64,000 nt of DNA, from contig OZ241456.1 of assembly GCA_965200875.1 (NCBI GenBank), forward strand, positions 1,120,001 to 1,184,000, read 5' to 3'. The notes beneath the pieces are model-generated. The model was not told where the DNA came from, made no database searches, and was given only the letters and a program-made list of their open reading frames with translations. Below, in pieces: positions 1-10,348 of the stretch (its first letter is position 1; every line of letters starts with the position of its first letter). This DNA is from Bdellovibrionales bacterium. GTDB lineage: Bacteria; Bdellovibrionota; Bdellovibrionia; Bdellovibrionales; UBA1609. The translations under genes were made by a program, and so were the position numbers.

Positions 1-189
1 AAACTCTTTCACTTCTGTTTTAAACTCTTTAAGCTCTTTTTGCATACTGGCTTGGTTTTCCCTTACTGGCTGTAAAAGAATCTTAAACACAAAACCTAAT
101 CCCGCAAATACAGAGCAAAAAGATATGACTGAAGTCAATACCAATGCAATTAAAGCCGTTACCAAAGTTACATTTAAAGTTATTTCCAT
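1..189 (-). CDS. Small membrane-anchored coiled-coil protein, partial (runs off window)
   Basis: Manual translation MEITLNVTLVTALIALVLTSVISFCSVFAGLGFVFKILLQPVRENQASMQKELKEFKTEVKEF; SD-like AAGGTGG upstream; hydrophobic N-terminus then heptad-like repeats. Confidence 0.65.
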   Translation of the reverse strand, partial: MEITLNVTLVTALIALVLTSVISFCSVFAGLGFVFKILLQPVRENQASMQKELKEFKTEVKEF

Positions 190-334
190 AACACCACCTT
201 TTTTTGGATTATTTGATTATTATACCACTGTTTTTTATTTTTACAAGCAAAACAAAACTGGAAAAATTCTATAGACACTGACCGAGACTGAAAAACCAAT
301 AACTTGTCTTTTCAGTTGACTTTTTCACAGAAGA

Positions 335-2980
335 CTAGTGAGTGTCAGAACTAAAGGCTCTTAATTTAATGGGGTATTGATCTGTTAGTTTTTTTGTCAA
401 TTTGTCTTGTAGTTTTTTCAAATCCTCTTCTGCGAGAGTTTTTTTATCGGACTGCAAAGTCAAACGAAAAGAAATGGAGCGAGTGTTCTCTTTACAGGTC
501 TGCTCATTTTCATAAATATCAAAAATTCTAACTTTTCTGCAAACAGGCCCGGCAGAGTTTTTTATCTCTTTTACGATATTATCTGCCGGAAAATCTTTTG
601 GAACCAAAAAAGACAAATCTCTTTCCACCACAGGAAAAGGAGACAAATTTTGAAAGTCCATTTTTACAATATTTTGAGCCATAAGAAATTGTGTGTTTAT
701 CTCAGCTAAAGCCATATTGACTCTTATTTTGTAAGTTTCTGCGTAAAGAGGATTAAGAGAACCTATATAAGCAACAGTCTTCCCCCCTACTTTTAACACC
801 ATATACTGACTAGGATGAATAAACGAAGGGTTGTCTTTTTCTTCTACAATCCATTTATAATCACAAACTCCAAAAATTGCCAAAAGAGAATTTAAAGCTG
901 TTTTTAAATCATAAATACAAGATCTGGACTGTGAAAAGTCCCCTTCCCGTGCACGGGGTTTTAACCATAAATCCTCTTCCTGCCCCCAAGCAACAAGACC
1001 AAGATATGAAGATTCTTTATAGCCGTTTTTCTTCTGATCAGATTGTTTGGACTCGCTATCACTAATAAATCTGGAAAATACTTTTCCAAGTTCAAACAAC
1101 CGACCATACAAACGCTCGTGCCTGATACTCCTCTGAGCATTCTTAAATAAAGACGGTGCTAGGCTGACTCTCATCATATTATATTCCGCACTTAAGGGGT
1201 TTTGAATAATCACAGGAACTGATTTTTCCAACAACTTCCCTGAAAACGAAGACTGATCATATCGAGTAGAATCCGCAGAACTTTCAGTAGGAGCAGAAAA
1301 TTTACCACCTGGGTTCAAAAAAGAATCTGAAAATTTCCGGGAAATAAAACTATGATTAATGGCCTGATAAAAACCCTCATGCACCAAAATACGCGCTATT
1401 TTCAAAGAAACTGTGTGTTCATTTTGATCGGGTTTAGGAAAAGTGCTTAAATAAGATATTTTTTCAGGGATTTTATCGTAACCTTCTAAGCGTGCATATT
1501 CCTCTATAAGATCTTCTTTTATCTTCAAATCAAAACGAAAATATGGTGGCGTGATTTTTATTCTGTCGTCCGTAGCAGAATGTGTTGGACTGTTGTCTAG
1601 CCCTGAAAAAGAACTGTTACTTTGAACCACACAACCCAGACGCTTCATCCAGTCCTGAAATTTTTTGAAGGAAACTTCCATACCTAATCTTTTTTCCAAA
1701 TTCTTTTTTTGAATTTCAATGGGTTTTGGGGGTTCTGTATTTTCCCGGATATCATATTCATCGGGAGAAAATTCTCCTCCTGTCATATTTTGAATTAAAA
1801 CCAATGCTTTATGTAAAATATTTAAGGTATTTTCTGAAGATACTCCTCGGCTAAAAAGATAAGAGGAGTCTGTTTCAATATGAAATCTTTTTGAAGTTCT
1901 GCGCACTTGGGTTGGTTCAAAACAAGCGGACTCTAAAAAAATATTTTTCGTGTTTGAATGAATGCCCGACTTCACTCCCCCTATAACCCCAGCCAAAGCC
2001 AAAGGCTCTTTTCTGTCCCGAATACAAAGCTCTTTTCCACTCAATATAATTTCCTGATTATCCAATGTTTGAAATTTTTCTTTCTCTCTGGAAAAATCCA
2101 CCACGATTTTTTCTTTTAATATATCCAAATCAAAGGCATGTAAAGGTTGCCCCCATTGAATCAAAAAATAATTCGTAACATCCACAATATTGTTTATGGA
2201 TTTTAACCCCAAATTTTCTAAACACACCCTTAACCACAGAGGAGAGGGTTTTACCTTCACTCCATATATCGCCCGACCAGTATACCGTCTGCATAGTTTT
2301 GGCTGATTAACCTCCAAACCTAAACATTTTTGAATGGAAGAACCTGTAGAATTACGAAGAATATCTGAAAAATCCTCTTTTCCGGGGTTGATAAATTCCA
2401 TACACGGCCGGTTTAAAATACAGGAAAGCTCTCTTGCCAAACCAAAATGGCTTAAGCAATCTGCTCGGTTAGGTGTGATATCAATATCAAAAATGATATC
2501 ATTTAAGCGAGCATAAGAAGAAAAATCAGTTCCCACACGAACCTCTGATGGCAAAACAATAATCCCTCCTTTATCTTCTTCCATTTCCATAAAACCCAAT
2601 TCACCAAGAGAAACCAACATACCTTCACTGAGTTCTCCACGAATTTTTCTTATTTTGATTTTAAAAGGGCCTGGCAACACTGCTCCAGGGAGGGCTAAAA
2701 CCACTTTATCCCCTTCTTTAAAATTATCAGCCCCGCATACAATAGAGTGCAATTTATCCTGTCCGCTGAACACTTGACACAAACTGAGACGATCTGCTGA
2801 AGGATGCGATCTCTTGCTTCTTACCTCCGCAATTACCAGATCATTAATTTTTTTTTTCGTCCATTCCTCCACCTCAAACCCGGAATGGGAAAGCTTATCA
2901 AATAAATTATGTGGTTTGTTAAAAAAATCCGATAAGTCAATAAAATCATTTAAAAAATTAAAAGAAAATTTCAACTGCAC
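335..2980 (-). CDS. pheT: Phenylalanine-tRNA ligase beta subunit
   Basis: tRNA-binding OB domain (HPSADRLSLC, IVCGADN), ITPNRADCLSHFGLARE, DLIEEYARLEGYD, C-terminal FDX-ACB (RDLSF); adjacent to pheS. Confidence 0.97.
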   Translation of the reverse strand: MQLKFSFNFLNDFIDLSDFFNKPHNLFDKLSHSGFEVEEWTKKKINDLVIAEVRSKRSHPSADRLSLCQVFSGQDKLHSIVCGADNFKEGDKVVLALPGAVLPGPFKIKIRKIRGELSEGMLVSLGELGFMEMEEDKGGIIVLPSEVRVGTDFSSYARLNDIIFDIDITPNRADCLSHFGLARELSCILNRPCMEFINPGKEDFSDILRNSTGSSIQKCLGLEVNQPKLCRRYTGRAIYGVKVKPSPLWLRVCLENLGLKSINNIVDVTNYFLIQWGQPLHAFDLDILKEKIVVDFSREKEKFQTLDNQEIILSGKELCIRDRKEPLALAGVIGGVKSGIHSNTKNIFLESACFEPTQVRRTSKRFHIETDSSYLFSRGVSSENTLNILHKALVLIQNMTGGEFSPDEYDIRENTEPPKPIEIQKKNLEKRLGMEVSFKKFQDWMKRLGCVVQSNSSFSGLDNSPTHSATDDRIKITPPYFRFDLKIKEDLIEEYARLEGYDKIPEKISYLSTFPKPDQNEHTVSLKIARILVHEGFYQAINHSFISRKFSDSFLNPGGKFSAPTESSADSTRYDQSSFSGKLLEKSVPVIIQNPLSAEYNMMRVSLAPSLFKNAQRSIRHERLYGRLFELGKVFSRFISDSESKQSDQKKNGYKESSYLGLVAWGQEEDLWLKPRAREGDFSQSRSCIYDLKTALNSLLAIFGVCDYKWIVEEKDNPSFIHPSQYMVLKVGGKTVAYIGSLNPLYAETYKIRVNMALAEINTQFLMAQNIVKMDFQNLSPFPVVERDLSFLVPKDFPADNIVKEIKNSAGPVCRKVRIFDIYENEQTCKENTRSISFRLTLQSDKKTLAEEDLKKLQDKLTKKLTDQYPIKLRAFSSDTH

Positions 2981-3033
2981 TCCTTTTTTTATCTTATCTC
3001 ATTAAAGATAAAATCTCTTAAAAAAAACAACCT

Positions 3034-4089
3034 TTACAAGTCCCTTTGGAAATAAAACTGTTCCAAAAAACGAATATCATTTTCCAAAAAAAGTTTGATA
3101 TGAGGAATACCATAATACACTATAGCCAGTCTTTCCACTCCCAAACCAAAAGCAAAGCCTTCCCATTTTTCAGGAGAAATACCAGAAAGCTTTAACACCT
3201 TTGGGTGCATCAATCCACAACCTCCTATTTCCATCCAGCCACTTTGCTTGCACATGGAACAGCCTTTCATCTCACATATAGGGCAGGAACAGTCATATTC
3301 AGCAGAAGGCTCTGTAAAAGGAAAATAACTGGGGCGAAACCGCACTTTTGTTTTATTTCCAAAAAGGGCTTTCACAAAATAAGATAAAGAACCTTTTAAA
3401 TGAGCCATTGAAACATGAGTGTCAATAAACATTCCCTCCACTTGGTGAAAAGTCGGTGAATGAGACACATCATTATCCCTGCGAAACACTTTTCCCGGTG
3501 CCAATACAGCTAAAGGTGGTTTTTCCTCTAACATACTTCTCACCTGAATAGGGCTGGTGTGAGTGCGCAATACATAAGAGGAATCAATATAAAAAGTGTC
3601 TTGAAGATCGCGTGAAGGATGATCAGCGGGAATATTCAAAGCTTTAAAATTATTCCAATCACTTTCAATCAAAGGTCCTGTTCGCACGCTGTAACCCAGA
3701 TTTTTAAATGTCTCCACGGTTTTTTGAATAATCATCTGCACGGGATGCAAGCTTCCACTTTGAGGACTAGGGCCTGGCAAACTTAAATCCAATTTCTCTG
3801 ATTTTATTTTTTGATCCAATTCCCGCACCTTTAACTGCTGAGAGAGTGTGGTATAAAGTTTTTCCAGATCACTTTTCTTCTCATTCATCCATTTGCCAAA
3901 AAGTGGTCTATCCTTTGGCGCAAGGTTTTTCATTTCTTTTATGGTTTTTTGAAAAGAACTTTTACTACCCATAAACTGGGTTTTTAAATCATAGAGTGCT
4001 GAAGAGGTTTTAGCAGATTGAAAAGCTTTTTCAGCAGATTGAACCAGCCCGGACAGCTTGTTTTTAAGATCCTGAACCGAAGCAGACAT
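3034..4089 (-). CDS. pheS: Phenylalanine-tRNA ligase alpha subunit
   Basis: HPSRDLQDTFY, LRTHTSPIQ, FRPSYFPFTEPS, GFAFGLGVERLA motifs. Confidence 0.98.
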   Translation of the reverse strand: MSASVQDLKNKLSGLVQSAEKAFQSAKTSSALYDLKTQFMGSKSSFQKTIKEMKNLAPKDRPLFGKWMNEKKSDLEKLYTTLSQQLKVRELDQKIKSEKLDLSLPGPSPQSGSLHPVQMIIQKTVETFKNLGYSVRTGPLIESDWNNFKALNIPADHPSRDLQDTFYIDSSYVLRTHTSPIQVRSMLEEKPPLAVLAPGKVFRRDNDVSHSPTFHQVEGMFIDTHVSMAHLKGSLSYFVKALFGNKTKVRFRPSYFPFTEPSAEYDCSCPICEMKGCSMCKQSGWMEIGGCGLMHPKVLKLSGISPEKWEGFAFGLGVERLAIVYYGIPHIKLFLENDIRFLEQFYFQRDL

Positions 4090-4697
4090 AAGTTTTCTCT
4101 CTCATTTCAATATGTCAGTCAGAATATGTCAGCCAGAAAGGCTACAAACAACTTGAAAAACTGAAACGAAATTTGTTGCTCCTGTCATTCAAACCATTCT
4201 TCACATTCTGCACTCTTGTTCATATTATCCTCTGCCTGCAACCTGGGAAGCAAAGTGCTTTCATACGTACCCTGTCCCACTTTTTGCTCACCAAAAACTT
4301 TATAGTTATCCCTCTCACATTTTATGGAACTTCCTTAATCCGGCGAGGAGTTGGAAACCATGCCCGGTTTTAGAGCAGAACCAATCATATTTACTTTATT
4401 ACTATAAAGTTTTTTTCACGCCTGAATATTCTTAAATAAGATAGTAAATTACATTTTAACTGTCCAGATAAAAAAACTTATTTTCTTATAAAATTCCCAA
4501 TCTTCATTGGTAAAGACAAATCAAAGTGGACTTTACAAAACGATCGTGAAAGTTCTTAACAATATACAGTGTTTTTCCACAAAACCAGATTTTGTAGTAA
4601 TGCAGTCATGCAGAAAAAAACTGTTAACACATTGTTATTATTTGATTTTTTTATAAAAAGTTTGGGGAAATAATGGCAAGATTTTTTTCACGAAAGA

Positions 4698-5909
4698 CTA
4701 TTTGGTTCTACTAAAAGCCGGAACAAGATAACTTTTTATATGATCTGGAGGTTGCTCAGACCACAAACTCAGGACACATCCTTCAACTCCAGATCCCGTT
4801 GGCTTTACCGCCTCAGCACCATTATCCTTTAAAAATGATATAAGCTTCCGCATATTTTCCCCGACAAGATTCCACTTAAAAAAACAATCCTCCGCCAGAA
4901 AAAATGACTGTTTTAACAAATCAAAACCTTCTTCCCTATTTAATTTTTCCAATCCCTTTTTAGCTGTTAAAACCGCCTGTGTCATTTGTTGATTCAATAT
5001 TTCCGCTTTCTGCGGTTCTTTCTCCCAAAACAATTTCATTTTTTTTATATTCTCTTTTGTTGAATGGGGGACTGACACAGAACGAGATAAGAAAACATGA
5101 GGTTGCCAGCAAGGCCGAAATGCCTGTATATGCGGAATGTTTTTTATGGCAGGAAAATACTCTTCTGAGGTTATCTGTTTTTGTTTTTCAGAAGTATGCA
5201 CTACTTTTTTAGAAATAAGTTTTTCTTCCTGAGAAGACAAGCATTGTTGCCATTTATCCACTGCTACTGATGAATTTCTATGACAAAATAAAATAGGCTC
5301 CCCAGCCAAAACAGCGGCTATATCCACCCCACTGCTTTGGCCATGTAAACTGTTCTCCAAGGAATGGCAAAAATAAAACAGTTCCTTTTCTTTTATCCAC
5401 TTTAGCAAATAAAACAGCCGGCCAATTAAGACACATACTACGGCAGAAGCCCCTAAACCCACGCCAAAAACAATATGGGAGCTGATTTCAATTATTCCTC
5501 TGAGGTCAAAACGGCTTTTGGATATATCCTGAAGAGCTTGATCCAAAACAGTTTGAAAAATCTCCTGAAAATCAAATTGTAAAAAACACCCGTGGAAATA
5601 TTTTTCTGCATGTTCACTATGTTCTGCATGTTCACTATGAAGAACAGCACCCGCCCTCTTCGTTTCTTTTTTGGAAATCTCCAAAAATGGTTTTCCCTTA
5701 TTTGAAAACAAGTCTCCTGAAGACTCGACAATTCTTCGATTGATTATTTTTAAGGAGTTACTGGCTTTTTTCTGATAACTTAACTCGATAAAATGAGAAG
5801 AAAGAGGAAAAACCAAAGCTGGACAAGACTTTAAAACTGCATACTCTCCCGCCCAAATCCATTTTCCAAAAACTTTTACAATTATTTTTTTTTCACTGTT
5901 TTTTTTCAC
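4698..5909 (-). CDS. GHMP kinase, mevalonate/phosphomevalonate kinase-like
   Basis: GKWIWAGEYAV, GxGLGASA ATP loop, HGQSSGVD, KPTGSG motifs. Confidence 0.8.
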   Translation of the reverse strand: MKKNSEKKIIVKVFGKWIWAGEYAVLKSCPALVFPLSSHFIELSYQKKASNSLKIINRRIVESSGDLFSNKGKPFLEISKKETKRAGAVLHSEHAEHSEHAEKYFHGCFLQFDFQEIFQTVLDQALQDISKSRFDLRGIIEISSHIVFGVGLGASAVVCVLIGRLFYLLKWIKEKELFYFCHSLENSLHGQSSGVDIAAVLAGEPILFCHRNSSVAVDKWQQCLSSQEEKLISKKVVHTSEKQKQITSEEYFPAIKNIPHIQAFRPCWQPHVFLSRSVSVPHSTKENIKKMKLFWEKEPQKAEILNQQMTQAVLTAKKGLEKLNREEGFDLLKQSFFLAEDCFFKWNLVGENMRKLISFLKDNGAEAVKPTGSGVEGCVLSLWSEQPPDHIKSYLVPAFSRTK

Positions 5910-5917
5910 TAAAACCC

Positions 5918-6525
5918 AAAGCTGAAGAGCTAGATTTTTCCACTTGCTTCGCAGGTGCTTTTTCCACTTGCTTGGCTTTCCTTGTCTGCGTCTTCTTGTG
6001 ATGTGCTCAAAGCTGGAGAACTGGATTTTTCCACTTGCTCCGCCACCGGGGCGCTTTCCTTGCTCGCGTCTTCTTGTGATGTGCTCAAAGCTGGAGAACT
6101 GGATTTTTCCACTTGCTCCGCCGGTACGCTTCCTCCACTTGCTTGGCTTTCCTTGCTCGCGTCTTCTTGTGATGTGCTCAAAGCTAGAGAACTAGATTTT
6201 TCCACTTGCTCCGCCGGTACGCTTCCTCCACTTGCTTGGCTTTCCTTGCTTGCGTCTTCTTGTAATGTGCTCAAAGCTGGAGAGCTGACTTTTTTCACTT
6301 GCTCCGCAGGTGCGCTTCCTCCACTTGCTTGGCTTTCCTTGCTTGCGTCTTCTTGTAATGTGCTCAAAGCTGGAGAGCTGACTTTTTTCACTTGCTCCGC
6401 AGGTGCGCTTCCTCCACTTTCTTGGCTTTCCTTGCTCGCGTCTTCTTGTGATGTGCTCAAAGCTGAAGAGCTGACTTTTTTCACTTGCTTCGCAGGTACG
6501 CTTCCTCCACTTTCTTGGCTTTCCT
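5918..6525. repeat. ~90-bp coding tandem repeat, about 6.5 copies, one with an internal deletion
   Basis: Recurring ...gcgtcttcttgt(g/a)atgtgctcaaagct... mostly at a 90-bp period. Confidence 0.9.
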
Positions 6526-7153
6526 CTTTCTTTTTCCTTTCCTTTTTTTCTCTTTCTGCTAGTATTTTCTCATAAAATTTAATCTTTCCAGGAGCTTTCT
6601 TAGCGCGAGTTAATAATTCATACATATGGAGTCCGTGATCATTTTTTGGTAAACTATCCTTATTCTCTTCCAACCATTTCCCCATATCTTCACAATTATA
6701 TTTTTTTTCTATCTCTGTGATTGCAGTTTGAAACTTATCTTTTTGGCTTGCTATCTTTCTTAAGTTTTTGAGAATCTTTCTTATTTTCTCTGTAGCTAAA
6801 GGCTTTTTTTCCTTTGCTTTAATCTCTGGTGGCAAAACTTCCGGTTTATCGGGATGCTCCTTATTGTATTTATTCAACTTTTCCTTAAGAACTTTTATAT
6901 AAAACCCTTGTTTCTTACTATTCTCCAACGCTTTATTTAAAAGCTTTTGATTCTGTGGTCTCTCCCAAAAAGGCAGGTCAGGTTTTGGTTCAGGTGGCTT
7001 TTGTTTTGGCTTTGGTTGTTCCAACTCCACCAACTTTCTTATTGCCACTTTTTTAACCACCGGAGTTGTAATGTGACTTGTTTGCTTGCTATGTCTGACT
7101 TTTTTTCTTTCTGTCAGCCTGTCCAGCATTCTGTCTTCGTTTGGATTCCACAT
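5930..7153 (-). CDS. Hypothetical protein with Lys-rich N-terminal half and 30-aa Ser/Ala/Glu/Gln tandem repeats
   Basis: Long ORF; probable ATG at 7153 after a GGGG SD-like run; repeat unit SQESGGSAPAEQVKKVSSPALSTLQEDASKE-like. Confidence 0.7.
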   Translation of the reverse strand: MWNPNEDRMLDRLTERKKVRHSKQTSHITTPVVKKVAIRKLVELEQPKPKQKPPEPKPDLPFWERPQNQKLLNKALENSKKQGFYIKVLKEKLNKYNKEHPDKPEVLPPEIKAKEKKPLATEKIRKILKNLRKIASQKDKFQTAITEIEKKYNCEDMGKWLEENKDSLPKNDHGLHMYELLTRAKKAPGKIKFYEKILAEREKKERKKKEESQESGGSVPAKQVKKVSSSALSTSQEDASKESQESGGSAPAEQVKKVSSPALSTLQEDASKESQASGGSAPAEQVKKVSSPALSTLQEDASKESQASGGSVPAEQVEKSSSLALSTSQEDASKESQASGGSVPAEQVEKSSSPALSTSQEDASKESAPVAEQVEKSSSPALSTSQEDADKESQASGKSTCEASGKI

Positions 7154-7506
7154 ATTTACCCCCTTTTTTTTAATGTTGAACACAAAACCAATTAAAACAG
7201 GTTTTTTTTAGTTTTTCAGGTAACCCTCACCACCCCCGGCATATTTTCGGGTCTCCCACCTCTATATATAATATTATTGAGTATATATATATACGCTCCG
7301 GGCCAATTTTTATGACACACCACTTTTTCCCGTTTTGTCCTTAATATCTCTGTAAAAATCCAAAATTTTGTTGACATGTCGCATAAAATGCTTTTACATA
7401 TTTCTGCTATTACTCTACGCATTAAAAACTAAAACAGAATTTTCTCAACTCAAAAACATGAACCACCTGAAAATTACAGAAAATAACATATTAAGGATTA
7501 TTTAAG

Positions 7507-8802
7507 GTGTTAACAGTTTCCCATCTTCATGGCAGAGAAATTTTGGATAGTCGGGGTTTGCCAGCCCTAGAGGTGGAGCTGACTTTAAACAACAATATTA
7601 CATCTTATGCGTCTGTTCCTTCTGGTGCTTCCACAGGCACATACGAAGCTTTAGAGTTAAGAGATCAAGACCCTAAGCGTTTCCACGGGAAAGGCCTTTT
7701 AAAAGCTCTTGCCCACATAAAAACTCTATCCAAAGAGTTAAAGAATCAATCTTTCAAAAATCAATATGAAATGGATTCTTTTTTAAAAAAATCAGACGGC
7801 ACTTTAAATAAATCCCACTTGGGAGCCAATACTTTATTGGCGGTTTCCCTAGCTTATGCCAAAGCAAAAGCACTAAGCCAAAACCAGGAGCTGTTTGAAT
7901 CTTGTGCAGATATTAAACATAAAAATTACACCCTGCCCGTTCCTTTAATCAATATTCTTAATGGGGGAGCACATGCCAATAATAATTTATCTGTTCAAGA
8001 GTTTATGATCGTACCTTATGGTTTTAAGTCCCTGAAAGAAGCTCTGCGTGCCTCATCGGAGACCTTTCACTTTCTGCGTCAGATTTTAAAGCAACAATGT
8101 TTAAGCACAGCCGTAGGAGATGAAGGAGGGTTTGCTCCTCTGCTGACTCATAATGAATCTGCTCTTAAACTTTTACTGCAAGCTATTGAAAAAGCGGGAT
8201 ACTCATCTGAAACGCAAATTGCTCTGGCACTGGATGTAGCAGCTTCTGAGTTTTATCACCCGGAAAAAGGATATAAGTGGGAAAAAGATTTCCTTACGGC
8301 AGAAGATATTATTAATATTTATAAAGATTGGTCTGCGCGCTACCCTTTGATTAGCATTGAAGATGGTTTGGCAGAAGAGGATTGGCCGGGATGGATTCAA
8401 CTCACAAAAGAGCTGGGAAAAAAAATTCAATTAGTCGGTGATGACTTATTTGTCACTCATGCCAATCGTCTGCAAAAAGGCATCGATTGCAAGGTCGCCA
8501 ACGGCCTGTTAGCTAAAATCAATCAGGTTGGAACACTCACAGAAACTTTTTCTGCTGTTCAGCTGGCAAAAAAAGCCAGATATACTTGCTGTGTTTCTCA
8601 CCGGAGCGGAGAAACAGAAGACAGTAGTATAGCCGATCTAGCTGTTGCTTGGAGAGCAGAACAAATAAAAACTGGTTCTGTCTGTCGAGGAGAAAGAACA
8701 GCGAAATACAATCGCCTGCTGAGAATAGAGGAAAAACTTAAATTTCACGCAGAGTTTCTAGGTAAAAAAGCCTTTCCTTGTTTTTTTAGCAAGGCTTTAT
8801 AA
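7507..8802 (+). CDS. eno: Enolase
   Basis: REILDSRG, VPSGASTG, GDEGGFAP, SHRSGETED, KYNRLLRIEE. Confidence 0.98.
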   Translation: MLTVSHLHGREILDSRGLPALEVELTLNNNITSYASVPSGASTGTYEALELRDQDPKRFHGKGLLKALAHIKTLSKELKNQSFKNQYEMDSFLKKSDGTLNKSHLGANTLLAVSLAYAKAKALSQNQELFESCADIKHKNYTLPVPLINILNGGAHANNNLSVQEFMIVPYGFKSLKEALRASSETFHFLRQILKQQCLSTAVGDEGGFAPLLTHNESALKLLLQAIEKAGYSSETQIALALDVAASEFYHPEKGYKWEKDFLTAEDIINIYKDWSARYPLISIEDGLAEEDWPGWIQLTKELGKKIQLVGDDLFVTHANRLQKGIDCKVANGLLAKINQVGTLTETFSAVQLAKKARYTCCVSHRSGETEDSSIADLAVAWRAEQIKTGSVCRGERTAKYNRLLRIEEKLKFHAEFLGKKAFPCFFSKAL

Positions 8803-8854
8803 CGAACCCTTTTGTTTTCTTGCAAAAAAAACGATTATTTTTTAGATTCTGGTA

Positions 8855-8869
8855 TGTTATAATACAAAT
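8855..8869 (+). promoter_or_regulatory. Extended -10 promoter (TGnTATAAT) 6 nt before ATG, repeated before all four paralogs
   Basis: tgttataat-acaaat-ATG directly before 8870, 9436, 9936 and 10349; no SD. Confidence 0.65.
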
Positions 8870-9391
8870 ATGGAAGATTTTAATACCTTTTGGCCAGCGG
8901 GCCTTTTTCTAATTGCTTATACAGGACTAATCTTTGGTGGCTTTAACTGGATGCTTAAAAACCAAACAAAGCAAATAAATATCAAGTTTGATCAAGTCGA
9001 TATCAAATTTGATCAAGTCAATGCTAAAATCGAGCAAACAAATGCCACGATAGAACCAATAATAAATGCCAAATTAGAACCAATAAATGCTAAAATCGAA
9101 CAAATAAATGAAAAACTAGAGCAAACAAATGCCACGATAGAACCAATAATAAATGCCAAATTAGAACCAATAAATGCTAAAATCGAGCAAATAAATGAAA
9201 AACTGGATAATCATATCACTGACACAAATAAAAAAATTGATAATTTAAGCAATCGTATTGATGACACAAATAAAAAAATTGATAGTTTAAGTGATAACAC
9301 AAATAAAAAGATTGATAACTTAAGTAATCATTTTGATTTGCGGTTTGACCGACTGTATGAACTCCTTTTGCAAGACAAAAAAACAGGATAA
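8870..9391 (+). CDS. Membrane-anchored coiled-coil repeat protein, copy 1 (KID/Bdr-like repeats)
   Basis: N-terminal TM segment, 7/11-aa repeats, conserved C-terminus RFDRLYELLLQDKK. Confidence 0.85.
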   Translation: MEDFNTFWPAGLFLIAYTGLIFGGFNWMLKNQTKQINIKFDQVDIKFDQVNAKIEQTNATIEPIINAKLEPINAKIEQINEKLEQTNATIEPIINAKLEPINAKIEQINEKLDNHITDTNKKIDNLSNRIDDTNKKIDSLSDNTNKKIDNLSNHFDLRFDRLYELLLQDKKTG

Positions 9392-9435
9392 AAAAAGCGG
9401 TTTCCTTTTAGATTCTAGTATGTTATAATACAAAT

Positions 9436-9891
9436 ATGGAAGATTTTAATACCTTATGGCCAGCGGGCCTTTTTCTGATTGCTTATACAGGCTTACTCTT
9501 TAGTGGCTTTAACTGGATGATTAAAAATCAAACAAAGCAAATAAATATTAAGTTTGATCAAGTCGATATCAAATTTGATCAAGTCAATGCCAAAATAGAG
9601 CAAACAAATGAAAAAATAGATGCCAAAATAGAGCAAATAAATGAAAAAATAGATGCCAAAATAGAGCAAACAAATGAAAAAATAGATGCCAAATTAGAAC
9701 CAATAAATGCTAAAATCGAGCAAATAAATGAAAAACTGGATAATCATATCACTGACACAAATAAAAAAATTGATAACTTAAGTGATCGTATTGATGACAC
9801 AAATAAAAAAATTGATAACTTAAGTAATCATTTTGATTTGCGGTTTGACCGACTGTATGAACTCCTTTTGCAAGACAAAAAAACAGGATAA
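9436..9891 (+). CDS. Membrane-anchored coiled-coil repeat protein, copy 2
   Basis: Near-identical termini to copy 1, different repeat content. Confidence 0.85.
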   Translation: MEDFNTLWPAGLFLIAYTGLLFSGFNWMIKNQTKQINIKFDQVDIKFDQVNAKIEQTNEKIDAKIEQINEKIDAKIEQTNEKIDAKLEPINAKIEQINEKLDNHITDTNKKIDNLSDRIDDTNKKIDNLSNHFDLRFDRLYELLLQDKKTG

Positions 9892-9935
9892 AAAAAGCGG
9901 TTTCCTTTTAGATTCTAGTATGTTATAATACAAAT

Positions 9936-10304
9936 ATGGAAGATTTTAATACCTTGTGGCCAGCGGGCCTTTTTCTGATTGCTTATACAGGCTTACTCTT
10001 TAGTGGCTTTAACTGGATGATTAAAAATCAAACAAAGCAAATAAATATCAAGTTTGATCAAGTCGATATCAAATTTGATCAAGTCAATGCCACAATAAAG
10101 CAAATAAATGAAAAACTGGATAATCATATCACTGACACAAATAAAAAAATTGATAATTTAAGCAATCGTATTGATGACACAAATAAAAAAATTGATAGCT
10201 TAAGTGATAACACAAATAAAAAGATTGATAACTTAAGTAATCATTTTGATTTGCGGTTTGACCGACTGTATGAACTCCTTTTGCAAGACAAAAAAACAGG
10301 ATAA
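9936..10304 (+). CDS. Membrane-anchored coiled-coil repeat protein, copy 3
   Basis: Paralog of copies 1-2. Confidence 0.85.
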   Translation: MEDFNTLWPAGLFLIAYTGLLFSGFNWMIKNQTKQINIKFDQVDIKFDQVNATIKQINEKLDNHITDTNKKIDNLSNRIDDTNKKIDSLSDNTNKKIDNLSNHFDLRFDRLYELLLQDKKTG

Positions 10305-10348
10305 AAAAAGCGGTTTCCTTTTAGATTCTGGTATGTTATAATACAAAT

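Noticed and set aside
4100..4400. Possible structured RNA (RNase P RNA, tmRNA, T-box) upstream of pheS
   Set aside because: I found no RNase P GAGGAAAGTCC, tmRNA termini or T-box motif. It reads more like a short decayed ORF, so it is not called.
5944..6575. Plus-strand ORFs of 83 and 206 aa
   Set aside because: Antisense shadows of the 90-bp coding repeat.
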